DNA of 64,000 nt from a virus. Taxonomy: Duplodnaviria; Heunggongvirae; Uroviricota; Caudoviricetes. The notes below the pieces were generated by a model, which worked only from the letters and a program-made list of their open reading frames with translations, ran no database searches and was not told the origin of the DNA. The translations under genes were made by a program, and so were the position numbers. This document shows positions 47,092-56,087 of the stretch, one piece after another. Each line of letters opens with the position of its first letter. Positions within the stretch are counted from its first letter, which is position 1. The stretch spans positions 27,496 to 91,495 of IMG/VR virus record IMGVR_UViG_3300021318_000003. One strand, written 5' to 3'.

Positions 47092-49044
47092 TTATGCGGT
47101 GAGAAGAGGCATGGACGACGCGGGGGATATGATGTAGTTCTGCGGCGCGCGCATGACCTCCTCATACGCTTCGCGACCCTGGAACTCATCAATGACGGCG
47201 CGGGATTCCGCGTCCATGTCGTCATAGCCCTTCTTTCCATAGTCGGGCGGGAGCCACTGGCGGCCGCGCGCGGCGAAGATGTTGAGACGGTCGATCAGGC
47301 GCTTGGCGGACGGATCGAACTTGATGTGACACGTCCCTTTCTTGTAGAACGTCGCGGAGAAATACTTGAAATCCATCGACGTCCGGCAACAATCCTCCGC
47401 CGCCTGCGCGACGCGGTACGGATCGACCGACGAAGAGGTCTCGCCACGGTCAAGGTAGTTGAGAGAACGCTCGATGTCGGCAATCGTCTGCGCGAACTCA
47501 CGCGCCTCCAGCTTCTTCTTACCGTCGTACTTCGTGTAGAAAGCGTTGATCGGGAGAATGACCTTCATGCCAACCTTGTGCGCCTTGTTCGTCGCCCAGC
47601 CGTTATAGTAGTGGACGTTGTTCACGCACTCCGGATACCATGCGTGCTCAGCGGAAAGCTCGTCGAAGAGCTTGTAGATCGAATCCTCCACGCCGCGCGA
47701 GAGCTGCGCGGAAATCTCCATGATGACTCTCTTGATGTTGTAGCAACTGAAATCGTAATCCTGCATCTCGCGAATTTTGTCGTGATACTCGCTCTGGAGC
47801 TGCGACGTCATCTTTTCCGTAAGCTCCCTGCGAGAAAGCAGCGTCTCCCAGTATTTGTAACGGAGCTTGCGGAGATAGGCATTGATCGTGTCGCTCGTTG
47901 CGTGGTCACAGTCGCGGTCGTTCACGGAAATCTTGATAAGCGGCTTGTCGTATTCGCCCGTTCCGCTCATAATGTACGGCGCGAGCGCGTTGTATTCGCG
48001 CATGAGCGCGACGCCCAGCTTGGCCTCTATCTCGTAACCTGAAACCATCTGGTCGATCCAGTCGCCGGCAACCAGGTCTTCGACCTCGTTGTTGTGCTCC
48101 CCATCCTCCGCGCGTTCCGCTTTCTTGAGTTGTTCCAGAATGTGAGACTCGTGCCTCGGCTCCGGGATGTTCAGATAGACGATCGCAACCTCGACGTCAC
48201 TGCGGCGTTCCGCGCGGGAGAACGCGCCGGAAACAAACTCGATCTTTGCGTCGTATTTCTGGAGCTGCTGCTGCAACACCTTGCGGCGGTCGGTGTACGG
48301 ATTGCGGATGGTCTCGGCATTGAGCAGACACACGATCTGTCCACCGCTGTCACGCTGCATGGAAATCGCTTTGAGCAAGTGCTCATCGCCATTGGAAAAC
48401 GGCGGGTTCATAATAATCGCGTCGTAGTGCTTCATCGTGAAGTAGGTGAGAAAGTCATCGGATACCACGCGGTAGCCCTTGCCTTTGAGGATGAGCTGCA
48501 AATTCGCGTCGCGCTCAATGCAGTCAAATCGCTCCGTAAACCAATCGTCGCGGTAGTGGTATCCGCCTTTCTTGTAGAAGCACTTGACTGCGCACTCAAT
48601 GAGGTCGCCTTTACCTGCGGACGGCTCCAAAAACGTCTCGACCTTGCGCCAGTCAATCATGTTCGCCATCTTACCGGCGAGCTGCGTCGGCGTCGGAAAG
48701 AACTCGGCGTCCGGCGAAGCGGGCAGCGCGCGTACATCCGAATGAAGTGCCTCGCCGCTATGCTCCTTGTACCAATCCGCAAATATTTTCTTGCCCTCCG
48801 CAATGTTGCGGGCATATCCGATATTGTTAGACCTGCGATAGCGTCCGTCGACCTCCGTATAATAGGCCACCTCAATCGGCGTATCTTTGTGCCAGTGGTC
48901 GACGGCAAAGCGACCGTCCTCGTCGTAGGTCATGCAGGTGAGACATCCAATCGGCTGATCGCCTTTTGAGATAACGACCGTCTTTTCAGTAACGGGCTTT
49001 TCCCATCTGCGCCCACTGGTTATCTCCTCTTTATATAGGAACAT
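47092..49044 (-). CDS. N6-adenine DNA methyltransferase (gamma-class-like) with large extra domains
   Basis: FPTPTQLAGKMANMIDW..LEPSAGKGDL (motif I) and IIMNPPFSNG (motif IV); 650 aa. Confidence 0.75.
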   Translation of the reverse strand: MFLYKEEITSGRRWEKPVTEKTVVISKGDQPIGCLTCMTYDEDGRFAVDHWHKDTPIEVAYYTEVDGRYRRSNNIGYARNIAEGKKIFADWYKEHSGEALHSDVRALPASPDAEFFPTPTQLAGKMANMIDWRKVETFLEPSAGKGDLIECAVKCFYKKGGYHYRDDWFTERFDCIERDANLQLILKGKGYRVVSDDFLTYFTMKHYDAIIMNPPFSNGDEHLLKAISMQRDSGGQIVCLLNAETIRNPYTDRRKVLQQQLQKYDAKIEFVSGAFSRAERRSDVEVAIVYLNIPEPRHESHILEQLKKAERAEDGEHNNEVEDLVAGDWIDQMVSGYEIEAKLGVALMREYNALAPYIMSGTGEYDKPLIKISVNDRDCDHATSDTINAYLRKLRYKYWETLLSRRELTEKMTSQLQSEYHDKIREMQDYDFSCYNIKRVIMEISAQLSRGVEDSIYKLFDELSAEHAWYPECVNNVHYYNGWATNKAHKVGMKVILPINAFYTKYDGKKKLEAREFAQTIADIERSLNYLDRGETSSSVDPYRVAQAAEDCCRTSMDFKYFSATFYKKGTCHIKFDPSAKRLIDRLNIFAARGRQWLPPDYGKKGYDDMDAESRAVIDEFQGREAYEEVMRAPQNYIISPASSMPLLTA

Positions 49045-49086
49045 TGAAAAATCCTCCTCGGTACAAAATTTTGTCAGCTCGCACTT

Positions 49087-49120
49087 CTATTACCGAATGA
49101 TTCGGAAATCTGCTAACCAA
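49087..49120 (-). promoter_or_regulatory. motif-B promoter 3
   Basis: attacc-N17-gctaacc upstream of the 650-aa MTase. Confidence 0.5.
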
Positions 49121-49123
49121 AGC

Positions 49124-49157
49124 ATAAAAAAAAGACGCCGGAGCAATCCGGCGTCTT
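49124..49157 (-). terminator. rho-independent terminator
   Basis: GACGCCGGA-GCAA-TCCGGCGTC stem-loop followed by a T-run on the minus strand; downstream of 49170..49352. Confidence 0.6.
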
Positions 49158-49169
49158 GCGCGTATTCCG

Positions 49170-49352
49170 TTACAGCAGCTCCCAGCACGCCCAGTAATCG
49201 TACTCGGTCTCGTTGACGTAGATGGTGTTGCCATCATCAAAGTAGCTTCGCAGCCACTCATCGTATGCTTCGGGGCTTCCGGCCTCCCATCTGCGCTCCT
49301 CAAGCCAGTCGCGCAGATCGTTCACGCTGGTAAACTGGTGCTCAACCGCCAT
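49170..49352 (-). CDS. hypothetical protein (60 aa)
   Basis: small acidic ORF right after DGR target 2. Confidence 0.35.
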   Translation of the reverse strand: MAVEHQFTSVNDLRDWLEERRWEAGSPEAYDEWLRSYFDDGNTIYVNETEYDYWACWELL

Positions 49353-49370
49353 GTCACGCCTCCTTTCCGG

Positions 49371-50003
49371 TTACTCCGCGAGAACCAAGATCGAAGAGTC
49401 AAGAGTCAAAAACGGGCGAACGCCGTAGCCGCAGCCACAGTCGTACCAGCGCAGGACACCACTGGAGCCGACGCAGCAGACGAGGCGAGAATAACCGTTG
49501 CTCGGCGTGGAAGCTGGCGTGATCGTCCACCACCAGTTTTCGTACTCGGGCTGCAAGCCGAGAATTTTGTGGTACTTCGCGTACTCGGCGGCGGTCAGCA
49601 GGCTGATGTAATCCTTGCACTCGCCGTAATCATCGAGGCCATCGAGCGAGGTCAGGTCGCGCTCCATCGCAAGGATGTGCTCGCCGCCGATGATCGCCGC
49701 GATTTTTTTGAGGTATTCGCCGTGCAGCTTCTCGCGGATGGGCGATTCCATCCAATGCGAGCTGTCGCCGAACTCCTCGTCGTTGTAGGCGAAGCCCTCG
49801 GAGATGACGCGCGTGCCGTCGCTCGTGTGCTCCAGAACGATGAACGTCTCATCGCCGATTGGGAAGGTATCGCCAGGAGAGAGGGAAGAGAGCAGAACCT
49901 TGCCAGCATTGCGCAGCGGCTCCAGTGCGGCGGCGTCCGGAACCTCGATGATGACCTTGTTGCCGTCGACGGTGATCTTGCTCTTGTCAAATTCCAACTT
50001 CAT
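49371..50003 (-). CDS. DGR target protein 2 (paralogue of target 1)
   Basis: C-terminus WWWTITPASTPSNGYSRLVCCVGSSGVLRWYDCGCGYGVRPFLTLDSS; shares the F.VLEH(S/T) core with target 1; VR2 at its 3' end. Confidence 0.8.
   Translation of the reverse strand: MKLEFDKSKITVDGNKVIIEVPDAAALEPLRNAGKVLLSSLSPGDTFPIGDETFIVLEHTSDGTRVISEGFAYNDEEFGDSSHWMESPIREKLHGEYLKKIAAIIGGEHILAMERDLTSLDGLDDYGECKDYISLLTAAEYAKYHKILGLQPEYENWWWTITPASTPSNGYSRLVCCVGSSGVLRWYDCGCGYGVRPFLTLDSSILVLAE
49409..49487 (-). repeat. DGR variable repeat VR2 (remote, about 13 kb from TR)
   Basis: differs from TR only at TR-adenine positions (AAC to CTC, GGC, CGC or TAC; GAC to GGC; and so on); IMH-like GATCGAAGAGTC..AAAACGGGCG shared with VR1. 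Confidence 0.8.
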
Positions 50004-50040
50004 GTAGTTGTTCCTCCTTTTTTTGTGTTGTTGGACAGCT

Positions 50041-50074
50041 ATACTACGGAAAGAACGGGCGGCTTGCTAACCGC
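50041..50074 (-). promoter_or_regulatory. motif-B promoter 4 (drives DGR target 2)
   Basis: actacg-N17-gctaacc; the -35 lies inside hairpin AACGGGCGG..CCGCCCGTT, which also ends the upstream gene. Confidence 0.5.
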
Positions 50075-50089
50075 CCGTTCAAATTTCCC

Positions 50090-51019
50090 TTACACCTTGG
50101 CCGCGACCATCGCGGTGAGCTTGTCCATGAGGACGTGGCCGTCCATGATGCGTCCCCAGTTGTTCTCGCGGTAGTTCTGCGTTTGGCGGCGCGGCGCGTT
50201 GTGGGAGATCATGTCGCTCATGGCGTTGATCGCGCCCCAGCCGGTGTTACGGAACTTCAAGAGGTCGGGCGCAAACCAACAGACCATATACTCATCCTTG
50301 ATCGTCTTGATGTTGTTCTTCTCGCGGTCGCTCGCGTCTTCCTTGAGCGGGAACAGCTCGTTGAGAAACTTCTGGATTTCGGCATCCGTGACGGTCGTGT
50401 TGGCGAGCTGGTCGGCATAGACGCCGAGCTGTTCCATATACTTGCCGGCCATATCAAGGCAGCGATGCGCCTCCGCGAGCTTCATCTGAAGATCGCCGGT
50501 GTGACGAGCCGCCCAGGTGCGCTTCGCGCTGGAAAGCGCGAGGTTGAGCGTGTTGTTGCAGACCACACGAATCGGCGTCATGCAGACGCGAATCGCACCG
50601 CTCCCGTCGTGGGAGTTGGTGAAGCACAGGTACGGCTCCGTCTTGTCTCCGACGATCTCCGTGTCGGGCAGCTTCGCCAGCAGCCAGATCTTTTTGCCTC
50701 CGCTCAGGCTTCCCGCCGTCTCGTAGTGGACGTCGCCGCCGATGAGGTTGTCCGTAAACGCGAACGCATCCGTATTCTGGCAGACAGCATATCGGTTGGA
50801 GACAACGCCGAGCACAGCGCCGTCCGAGGAGCGGACGTTGGCCTTGTAGTTTTCGATTTTCCTGCCGCCGCAGACCTGCATGGTCTTCTGATCGACGCGC
50901 CAGTCCAGACCGGCAAGGCGCAGCGCATCCGCGCTCGTGGGAGCCTCCGCGACCATCGTGCCGAGACCGTGCCACGGCTTCTCGCGGACGTACATCATGG
51001 TTTCAACATTTGCGGGCAT
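50090..51019 (-). CDS. DUF932-like phage/plasmid protein
   Basis: N-terminal MMYVREKPWHGLG and overall pattern of the TIGR03299/DUF932 family. Confidence 0.5.
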   Translation of the reverse strand: MPANVETMMYVREKPWHGLGTMVAEAPTSADALRLAGLDWRVDQKTMQVCGGRKIENYKANVRSSDGAVLGVVSNRYAVCQNTDAFAFTDNLIGGDVHYETAGSLSGGKKIWLLAKLPDTEIVGDKTEPYLCFTNSHDGSGAIRVCMTPIRVVCNNTLNLALSSAKRTWAARHTGDLQMKLAEAHRCLDMAGKYMEQLGVYADQLANTTVTDAEIQKFLNELFPLKEDASDREKNNIKTIKDEYMVCWFAPDLLKFRNTGWGAINAMSDMISHNAPRRQTQNYRENNWGRIMDGHVLMDKLTAMVAAKV

Positions 51020-51070
51020 TTTTCAAATCCTCCTTATAGTTTTGATTTGTCGTTTGTGGTGCTTACGGTA

Positions 51071-51104
51071 CTATTACGGAAAGAAAACGGCGTTTGCTAA
51101 CCAC
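51071..51104 (-). promoter_or_regulatory. motif-B promoter 5
   Basis: attacg-N17-gctaacc. Confidence 0.5.
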
Positions 51105-51109
51105 ATCGT

Positions 51110-51547
51110 TCAGTCATCTTTACACAACTCCTCGACCTCTGCACGCGTCCAGCCGTTTTCTTTGCAAACGCGCCAGTCGGCGGCCGTGAAGTCTTCCGTG
51201 CTGCCAATGCTGCTGTGGTAGTCCAGAATAGCGTTCGGAAGTCCCTCGTTGTACCAGTGCCAATTCAGCTCGCCGTACTTCTTCAGGTGCCACTCTTTCC
51301 CATCCGCGATTTTGCTGCGGAGATTGAAACCGGTATCCATGAACAGATTGCGCACCGTCCAGTCTGAGCCGAGATTGACCACGCAGCGTCGACCGGTATC
51401 TTTTTCGTAGGCTACCTCCGAGAAGATCGGATTGCCGCCTCCGTCCGTCGTGTTGCGGTTCATGTCCGCGACGTTGAAATAATAGGCCTTCCCGTCAAGC
51501 TCAAAGGACACGTTCAAATCGGTGATACATTTCACGTTATTTGCCAT
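51110..51547 (-). CDS. hypothetical protein
   Basis: 145-aa ORF. Confidence 0.45.
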   Translation of the reverse strand: MANNVKCITDLNVSFELDGKAYYFNVADMNRNTTDGGGNPIFSEVAYEKDTGRRCVVNLGSDWTVRNLFMDTGFNLRSKIADGKEWHLKKYGELNWHWYNEGLPNAILDYHSSIGSTEDFTAADWRVCKENGWTRAEVEELCKDD

Positions 51548-51566
51548 TCGGCGTCACCTCCTACCT

Positions 51567-51600
51567 TATTTACAGACGTTTTCTGTGATTTGCTAACCGC
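51567..51600 (-). promoter_or_regulatory. motif-B promoter 6
   Basis: tttaca-N17-gctaacc. Confidence 0.45.
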
Positions 51601-51796
51601 GATTTCTGCGTCTGCTCGCCTTTTTCATCTTCGTCCGCTTGCGGGCTTTCTTCACTCTGTCCTTCGGCGGTCTCTCACGATTGGAAGAGCGCGCGTGTCC
51701 GTGTCCCTCGCCGGTGGCAAGGTTTGCCTTGCGCAGCGGAAGACACATCCTCAGAAATTTCCGCCAGTCGGTAAAATCGTAGCACCAACCGAACAT

Positions 51797-52252
51797 TTAC
51801 ATCGCCCCTTTCGTATGAGATTTCCAGATGTTTTCCACGGAGAAAGAATAGCGGATGTAGTCATCGACCAGGCTGACGACGACGAAATCAGCCGCGCGCA
51901 GCGCGTCCGCCAGAAGCGCGGACTCCTCCTTGCTCATTGTTGTGATGGCCTTGACGTCCATGCGGATGACGGCGTTGCGCTCCTCCTGCGTTGGCTCGTG
52001 CTCCGTGAGTTGGTGCGCCTCAGCGCAATCCGAAACGAAACGGACGACCGCATCCTTGAGCATTGCGTACTGCCGCAGCTTTTCCACATCGGCATCCTCG
52101 CCGCAGAAGCTCTCATTGAGATCGTAGAGGATTCCGATTTCCTGTGGCGTCAGCGAGGAGATCGGCTTTTGCCGAAGCTCCTCCTCGAAGGCAAGCTCCG
52201 CCGCAGTCTGCTCCGCCGCCAGATCACGCTTATAGTCCTCGAATTGAATCAT
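51797..52252 (-). CDS. hypothetical acidic protein
   Basis: 151-aa ORF. Confidence 0.45.
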   Translation of the reverse strand: MIQFEDYKRDLAAEQTAAELAFEEELRQKPISSLTPQEIGILYDLNESFCGEDADVEKLRQYAMLKDAVVRFVSDCAEAHQLTEHEPTQEERNAVIRMDVKAITTMSKEESALLADALRAADFVVVSLVDDYIRYSFSVENIWKSHTKGAM

Positions 52253-52264
52253 TCGCGTCCTCCT

Positions 52265-52495
52265 TTATTCCACTTCCCACGCGCCGCAGACGTACTCGAC
52301 CGGATAGACGTCGTACAGCTTGGTGTTCGCATCATTCTGCGCCTGCAGCTCGGCGCACATCTTCTTCGCTTTGGCCTCCGTCTTGCAGACGGCGACGACC
52401 TCGCTGACATCGACGTTTGCAATGTCCAGGTCGTCGTTGACGGCATCCAGCGTAGTGTAATTTTTGAAAACCAGCCAAACCTTCATGTAAAGCAC
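52265..52495 (-). CDS. hypothetical protein
   Basis: 76-aa ORF behind promoter 7. Confidence 0.35.
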   Translation of the reverse strand: MLYMKVWLVFKNYTTLDAVNDDLDIANVDVSEVVAVCKTEAKAKKMCAELQAQNDANTKLYDVYPVEYVCGAWEVE

Positions 52496-52504
52496 CTCCT
52501 GTTT

Positions 52505-52538
52505 CTACTACTGAAAAAATCTGAAATATGCTAACCGG
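52505..52538 (-). promoter_or_regulatory. motif-B promoter 7
   Basis: actact-N17-gctaacc. Confidence 0.45.
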
Positions 52539-52543
52539 TTGAT

Positions 52544-52568
52544 AAAAAATCCCGCCAAACGGCGGGAT
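52544..52568 (-). terminator. rho-independent terminator
   Basis: ATCCCGCC-GTTT-GGCGGGAT hairpin then TTTTTT on the minus strand, downstream of 52589..53206. Confidence 0.6.
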
Positions 52569-52588
52569 TTGTCAAAATGCTGTCATTT

Positions 52589-53206
52589 TCACTTGTTGAA
52601 ATTCTCGTTGAACGTGCCGGAGTAGGCCATAACGTCGTTCCAGTCGTCGTATGTGACCTTCTCGCGCTGCCCGTCGCACTCGAAGATGATGTTGGGGCGC
52701 GGGAGATTTCCGTCGCCGGCGTTCGCATTTCCGCCGTAGCAAAACCACTTCGCGCAGCTCTCGCGCGGGAAGTAGACCTCGCGGGCGTAGTAGCGGTCGT
52801 TTTCCAATCCTCTGTAAATCTCACGGCCTGTTCCGTTCTCCGTCTTGACGAAGCGGACGGGAATGACGCGCTCCGGATTGCGGCTCAGATCGTTGAAATA
52901 GTCGTTTTGCGAAATGACGACCATGAAACCAAGGTATCTGGAGTTATCCAGCTTCGCGTGCGCGGCGATGTAGTCAACGCCAAGACGCTCAAAGGTCTCG
53001 CGTTCCATAAAGGTCTTTGCGCAGCCGCTTTTGTAGCGGTCGTTGTTCTGGACGTAAATACGAACGCGGTCGGACAGGTCGATGTGGAAGCCCAGCGCGT
53101 TAAATTCCTCCTGGTCGCGCTGCGTCGGATCGCTGATCTGAACGGACACCTCGTATTTACGACCATGCCCGTCGTCATCGTATCGCACTTTGTTGATCTG
53201 TTCCAT
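52589..53206 (-). CDS. hypothetical protein
   Basis: 205-aa ORF. Confidence 0.45.
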   Translation of the reverse strand: MEQINKVRYDDDGHGRKYEVSVQISDPTQRDQEEFNALGFHIDLSDRVRIYVQNNDRYKSGCAKTFMERETFERLGVDYIAAHAKLDNSRYLGFMVVISQNDYFNDLSRNPERVIPVRFVKTENGTGREIYRGLENDRYYAREVYFPRESCAKWFCYGGNANAGDGNLPRPNIIFECDGQREKVTYDDWNDVMAYSGTFNENFNK

Positions 53207-53218
53207 ATTCTATCCTCC

Positions 53219-53419
53219 TCATTGTTTCATAAGTTCAAACGCCTGCCAGCTTGCAAAATGCAGCGTGACTTTGCCCTTGTTCCGCTTGCACCACGCCTTC
53301 AGCTCATCCAAAGTGCGGAAGTAACGGAACTTCTTGCTGCGCTGCTTCGGCGTGGTATACCAAACCTCGTATGGATACTCTTCCGGTTTCGACCAACATT
53401 CAAAAGCGTGCTGCTTCAT
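53219..53419 (-). CDS. hypothetical protein
   Basis: 66-aa ORF. Confidence 0.35.
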   Translation of the reverse strand: MKQHAFECWSKPEEYPYEVWYTTPKQRSKKFRYFRTLDELKAWCKRNKGKVTLHFASWQAFELMKQ

Positions 53420-53814
53420 CTCTTCGCCTCCGTTCCTGCTCCACGATACGCCACATATTTCACAACGCCGTCGTATTTGATACAGGAATGAATCAGCGCA
53501 AGAATTGTTGTATATTTCTTGTGATACTTCGCGTTTTTCTCACTCCTGCCGTTGTACGTCGACTTGATGACCGTGATCGTGTCGCCATCCACCGTGAACC
53601 AGACCGCCCACCTGGTTCCGCGCTCGTCGCACATAAGGAAGTAGTCCTTTTCGTTGTTCGCGGAGAGGAAGTAGCGAAAACCGTTGGCGTTGACGTATTT
53701 GCAGCAGCTCTCATATCCCTGTGCGGTATTCGGCACGTCCTCAAAAGAAACGTAGTTGCTCCGCTTTCCAAGCTGGTATTGATAGGCTGTTGTGACGTTC
53801 TCAAAAGAATACAT
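53416..53814 (-). CDS. hypothetical protein
   Basis: 132-aa ORF. Confidence 0.45.
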   Translation of the reverse strand: MYSFENVTTAYQYQLGKRSNYVSFEDVPNTAQGYESCCKYVNANGFRYFLSANNEKDYFLMCDERGTRWAVWFTVDGDTITVIKSTYNGRSEKNAKYHKKYTTILALIHSCIKYDGVVKYVAYRGAGTEAKR

Positions 53815-53834
53815 GACAGCGCCTCCTTTCTGCT

Positions 53835-53869
53835 GATATTACAGAAAAAGAGGACGGTTTTGCTAACCG
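53835..53869 (-). promoter_or_regulatory. motif-B promoter 8
   Basis: ttacag-N17-gctaacc; the -35 sits in hairpin GAGGACGGTT..AACCGTCCTC. Confidence 0.45.
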
Positions 53870-53879
53870 TCCTCAAAAA

Positions 53880-54461
53880 TTATTTTCTCTCGTCCAGACA
53901 AATCTCCTCCGGATAGGCGCTCTTTTCCAGACCGTCCGCAAATCTGATCTTCCACATCGGCAGACATTCCAGATCGGCCTCGCCCTCCGACACCCTGCCG
54001 ATGACCTCGAACTGCTTGCCGTTCAGATGCACTTCGGATTTGTACGGAGAGCGGAACACCGTATCAAATCCGCCATTTTCATAGGCATCGAAGCAGTCAG
54101 CGACAAACTGGCGCTCCTGCTCCGTCGTCAGCGTGGAGCGTGTTTCGATGCTGCCCTCCGCGTACAGCGCGGGATACTTCTTTTTGACGTCATCCCATGT
54201 GAGCTTGACTTGCGGCGGGACAGAGAAAACCAGCTCGTTCTGCGTGGCGGAGATCGTTACGGTAGACGTCGCAGCGACGTGCCTGATTTTCTCCTTGATC
54301 TCCTCCGGCAGATCGTCCTTGTAGAAATCCACCGTTCTGTCATGCGCGATGTGCGCGACCGTTTCGTAGTCGCCGCCCTCCATCTTGCGGCGGTTCCAGA
54401 CCGTCAGACCGTTGCCCTTGAATCCGTATCCAAGGCTGAAGTCGCTTGCTTTGCGTGCCAT
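53880..54461 (-). CDS. hypothetical protein
   Basis: 193-aa ORF. Confidence 0.45.
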   Translation of the reverse strand: MARKASDFSLGYGFKGNGLTVWNRRKMEGGDYETVAHIAHDRTVDFYKDDLPEEIKEKIRHVAATSTVTISATQNELVFSVPPQVKLTWDDVKKKYPALYAEGSIETRSTLTTEQERQFVADCFDAYENGGFDTVFRSPYKSEVHLNGKQFEVIGRVSEGEADLECLPMWKIRFADGLEKSAYPEEICLDERK

Positions 54462-54485
54462 GTTGTCCTCCTTTCTATTCTGTCT

Positions 54486-54519
54486 ATATAACAGAAGAAA
54501 AGGCCGGTTTGCTAACCGG
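54486..54519 (-). promoter_or_regulatory. motif-B promoter 9
   Basis: ataaca-N17-gctaacc; the -35 sits in hairpin AGGCCGGTT-TGCT-AACCGGCCT; the TAG inside GGTTAGCA is the stop codon of the upstream gene. Confidence 0.5.
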
Positions 54520-54754
54520 CCTCGGAAAATTCTTCGTTCGTGACCTCGCGGCAGACCTCGCCGACTTCGTAGGCAGCGCGCTCATAGCGGTCGATCGTGT
54601 TTGTCGCATACGGCTCCGCCGCCTTGATCGCGTCCGCCTCCGCCTCCAGCACGTCGCGGACGAAATCGAAAGCCGCTTCGACGTCATCCTCCAGCACCAG
54701 GAGCGTACTGTATTTCTTGACGATATTTTTGAACTGTTCCTTTGTGATGTTCAT
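54512..54754 (-). CDS. hypothetical protein
   Basis: 80-aa ORF. Confidence 0.4.
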   Translation of the reverse strand: MNITKEQFKNIVKKYSTLLVLEDDVEAAFDFVRDVLEAEADAIKAAEPYATNTIDRYERAAYEVGEVCREVTNEEFSEAG

Positions 54755-54772
54755 GCTGTTCCTCCTTTTCGT

Positions 54773-55396
54773 TCAAAACAGGGCGGGGAAGACGCCTTCC
54801 GTGCAGCCGTCCTCTTCCGTGATCTTCGGCGCGCGGTCGAAAACCGCCTTGAAACGACACTCGCCGCCGTTGTTGTAGACGCAGCCGATCGTTCCGCACT
54901 CCAGCGGCTCGTCATCCTCTCCGCTTGCCTTGATCTCGTCCTTGCCCCACAGGATTTGCGAACAGGCGATAGACCGGATGCCTCCGGCGTTGCTCCGCTT
55001 GACGTGACAGTCGACGATACGGCTGTACGCTTCCGCCAGACTGTTTGCCTCCACGGTCATCCCGCGCGCCTCGCCGTTGACGTAGTTGACGATCGCGACG
55101 AATTTGTCGGGCGCGTATTCCTCCTTGAACTTCTCGCGGCTGAGGCCGTCCACCACATCGCGGCCGCAGTGCGGGCAGGCCGTGAAGCTCTGACCGTAGA
55201 TTTTTTCGTCGTGCAGGGAAGAAGCAAGAAACATCTCGCCGCAGGCTTCGCAGCGAATGAGCTTGCCGTTGTCCTCCATCTCTCCGGCGCAGGTATCACA
55301 GACCAGACGCGCCGTAGGAAGTCCGGTGTCGATCTCGCGCAGCTCATCCACATTGACGTTCCAGCCGCACTCGGTACAGATTTTCTTTTTGCACAT
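54773..55396 (-). CDS. zinc-finger-rich protein
   Basis: CTECG, CDTCAG, CEACGE, CPHCGR and further Cys/His pairs. Confidence 0.45.
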   Translation of the reverse strand: MCKKKICTECGWNVNVDELREIDTGLPTARLVCDTCAGEMEDNGKLIRCEACGEMFLASSLHDEKIYGQSFTACPHCGRDVVDGLSREKFKEEYAPDKFVAIVNYVNGEARGMTVEANSLAEAYSRIVDCHVKRSNAGGIRSIACSQILWGKDEIKASGEDDEPLECGTIGCVYNNGGECRFKAVFDRAPKITEEDGCTEGVFPALF

Positions 55397-55432
55397 GATG
55401 AAATCCTCCTTGTAATTCTGATGTTTCCACCT

Positions 55433-55466
55433 TTATTACAGATTGTTCTTTAAATTTGCTAACCAT
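55433..55466 (-). promoter_or_regulatory. motif-B promoter 10
   Basis: attaca-N17-gctaacc. Confidence 0.5.
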
Positions 55467-55467
55467 T

Positions 55468-55511
55468 CCAAAAAAATAAAAATGGGAGACCGACCACCAC
55501 GACGGCCTCCC
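55468..55511 (-). terminator. rho-independent terminator
   Basis: GGGAGGCCG..CGGTCTCCC hairpin followed by ATTTTTATTTTTTT on the minus strand. Confidence 0.55.
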
Positions 55512-55521
55512 AGAAAGGAGA

Positions 55522-55740
55522 TTACTGTTTTGATAATAGCCTGACAAGCTCGCTGCTTGCCGCGCGGAAGTGGTCAATGAGATAGCTTCCGCTGAGATAG
55601 TGTTCTTTGTTCTCGTCATCCGCCGTCAAAATGCCGTCCTCGATGAAATCCAGAACGGGATAGAGCTTTCCGGCGGTGAAGTATTGACCGGTCGCGGTCG
55701 CCTGGTAGTATTGCATGGCTCCTCCTACTCCGCGCTGCAC
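55522..55740 (-). CDS. hypothetical protein
   Basis: 72-aa ORF. Confidence 0.35.
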   Translation of the reverse strand: MQRGVGGAMQYYQATATGQYFTAGKLYPVLDFIEDGILTADDENKEHYLSGSYLIDHFRAASSELVRLLSKQ

Positions 55741-56042
55741 TTTCCGTCGCAGTAGAGACCGCCGCTGCGCTTTGCGTTTTCCATACGGCGGAGAAAACAG
55801 GCCATTAGTTCCGCAAAGTGCTCGTCGCTGATGTAGTAATCAAGAGTATCTTCGTCGTCCTCCTTGACCGAAAGATCACCTGGTTCGACGTCTCCGTCCG
55901 CGACGCCATTCATCAGCCAGCCCTCAAAAATATACTCGTTGTTGATCTGTCGCGCGATGAACTCCATCGCTTTGACCATCTTGATACGTTTCACCTTGTT
56001 CATTGTGAAAACCTCCGTTTCTTGAATTGGGTTCCCATCCAT
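55725..56042 (-). CDS. hypothetical protein
   Basis: 105-aa acidic ORF. Confidence 0.4.
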   Translation of the reverse strand: MDGNPIQETEVFTMNKVKRIKMVKAMEFIARQINNEYIFEGWLMNGVADGDVEPGDLSVKEDDEDTLDYYISDEHFAELMACFLRRMENAKRSGGLYCDGKCSAE

Positions 56043-56074
56043 ATAACAGAAAGCCGGCGCGATCTGCTAACCGC
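56041..56074 (-). promoter_or_regulatory. motif-B promoter 11
   Basis: ataaca-N17-gctaacc; the -35 lies in hairpin CCGGCGCG..CGCGCCGG, which doubles as terminator for the upstream gene. Confidence 0.5.
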
Positions 56075-56087
56075 GCCGGTCGATTTT

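Noticed and set aside
50054-50079. The conserved GCTAACC core as a structured RNA or riboswitch, because it sometimes sits in a hairpin loop
   Set aside because: Only about 5 of 20 copies are embedded in an inverted repeat. In those cases the hairpin is explained as the terminator of the upstream gene. The conserved part keeps fixed spacing to a -10-like hexamer, not to any structure.
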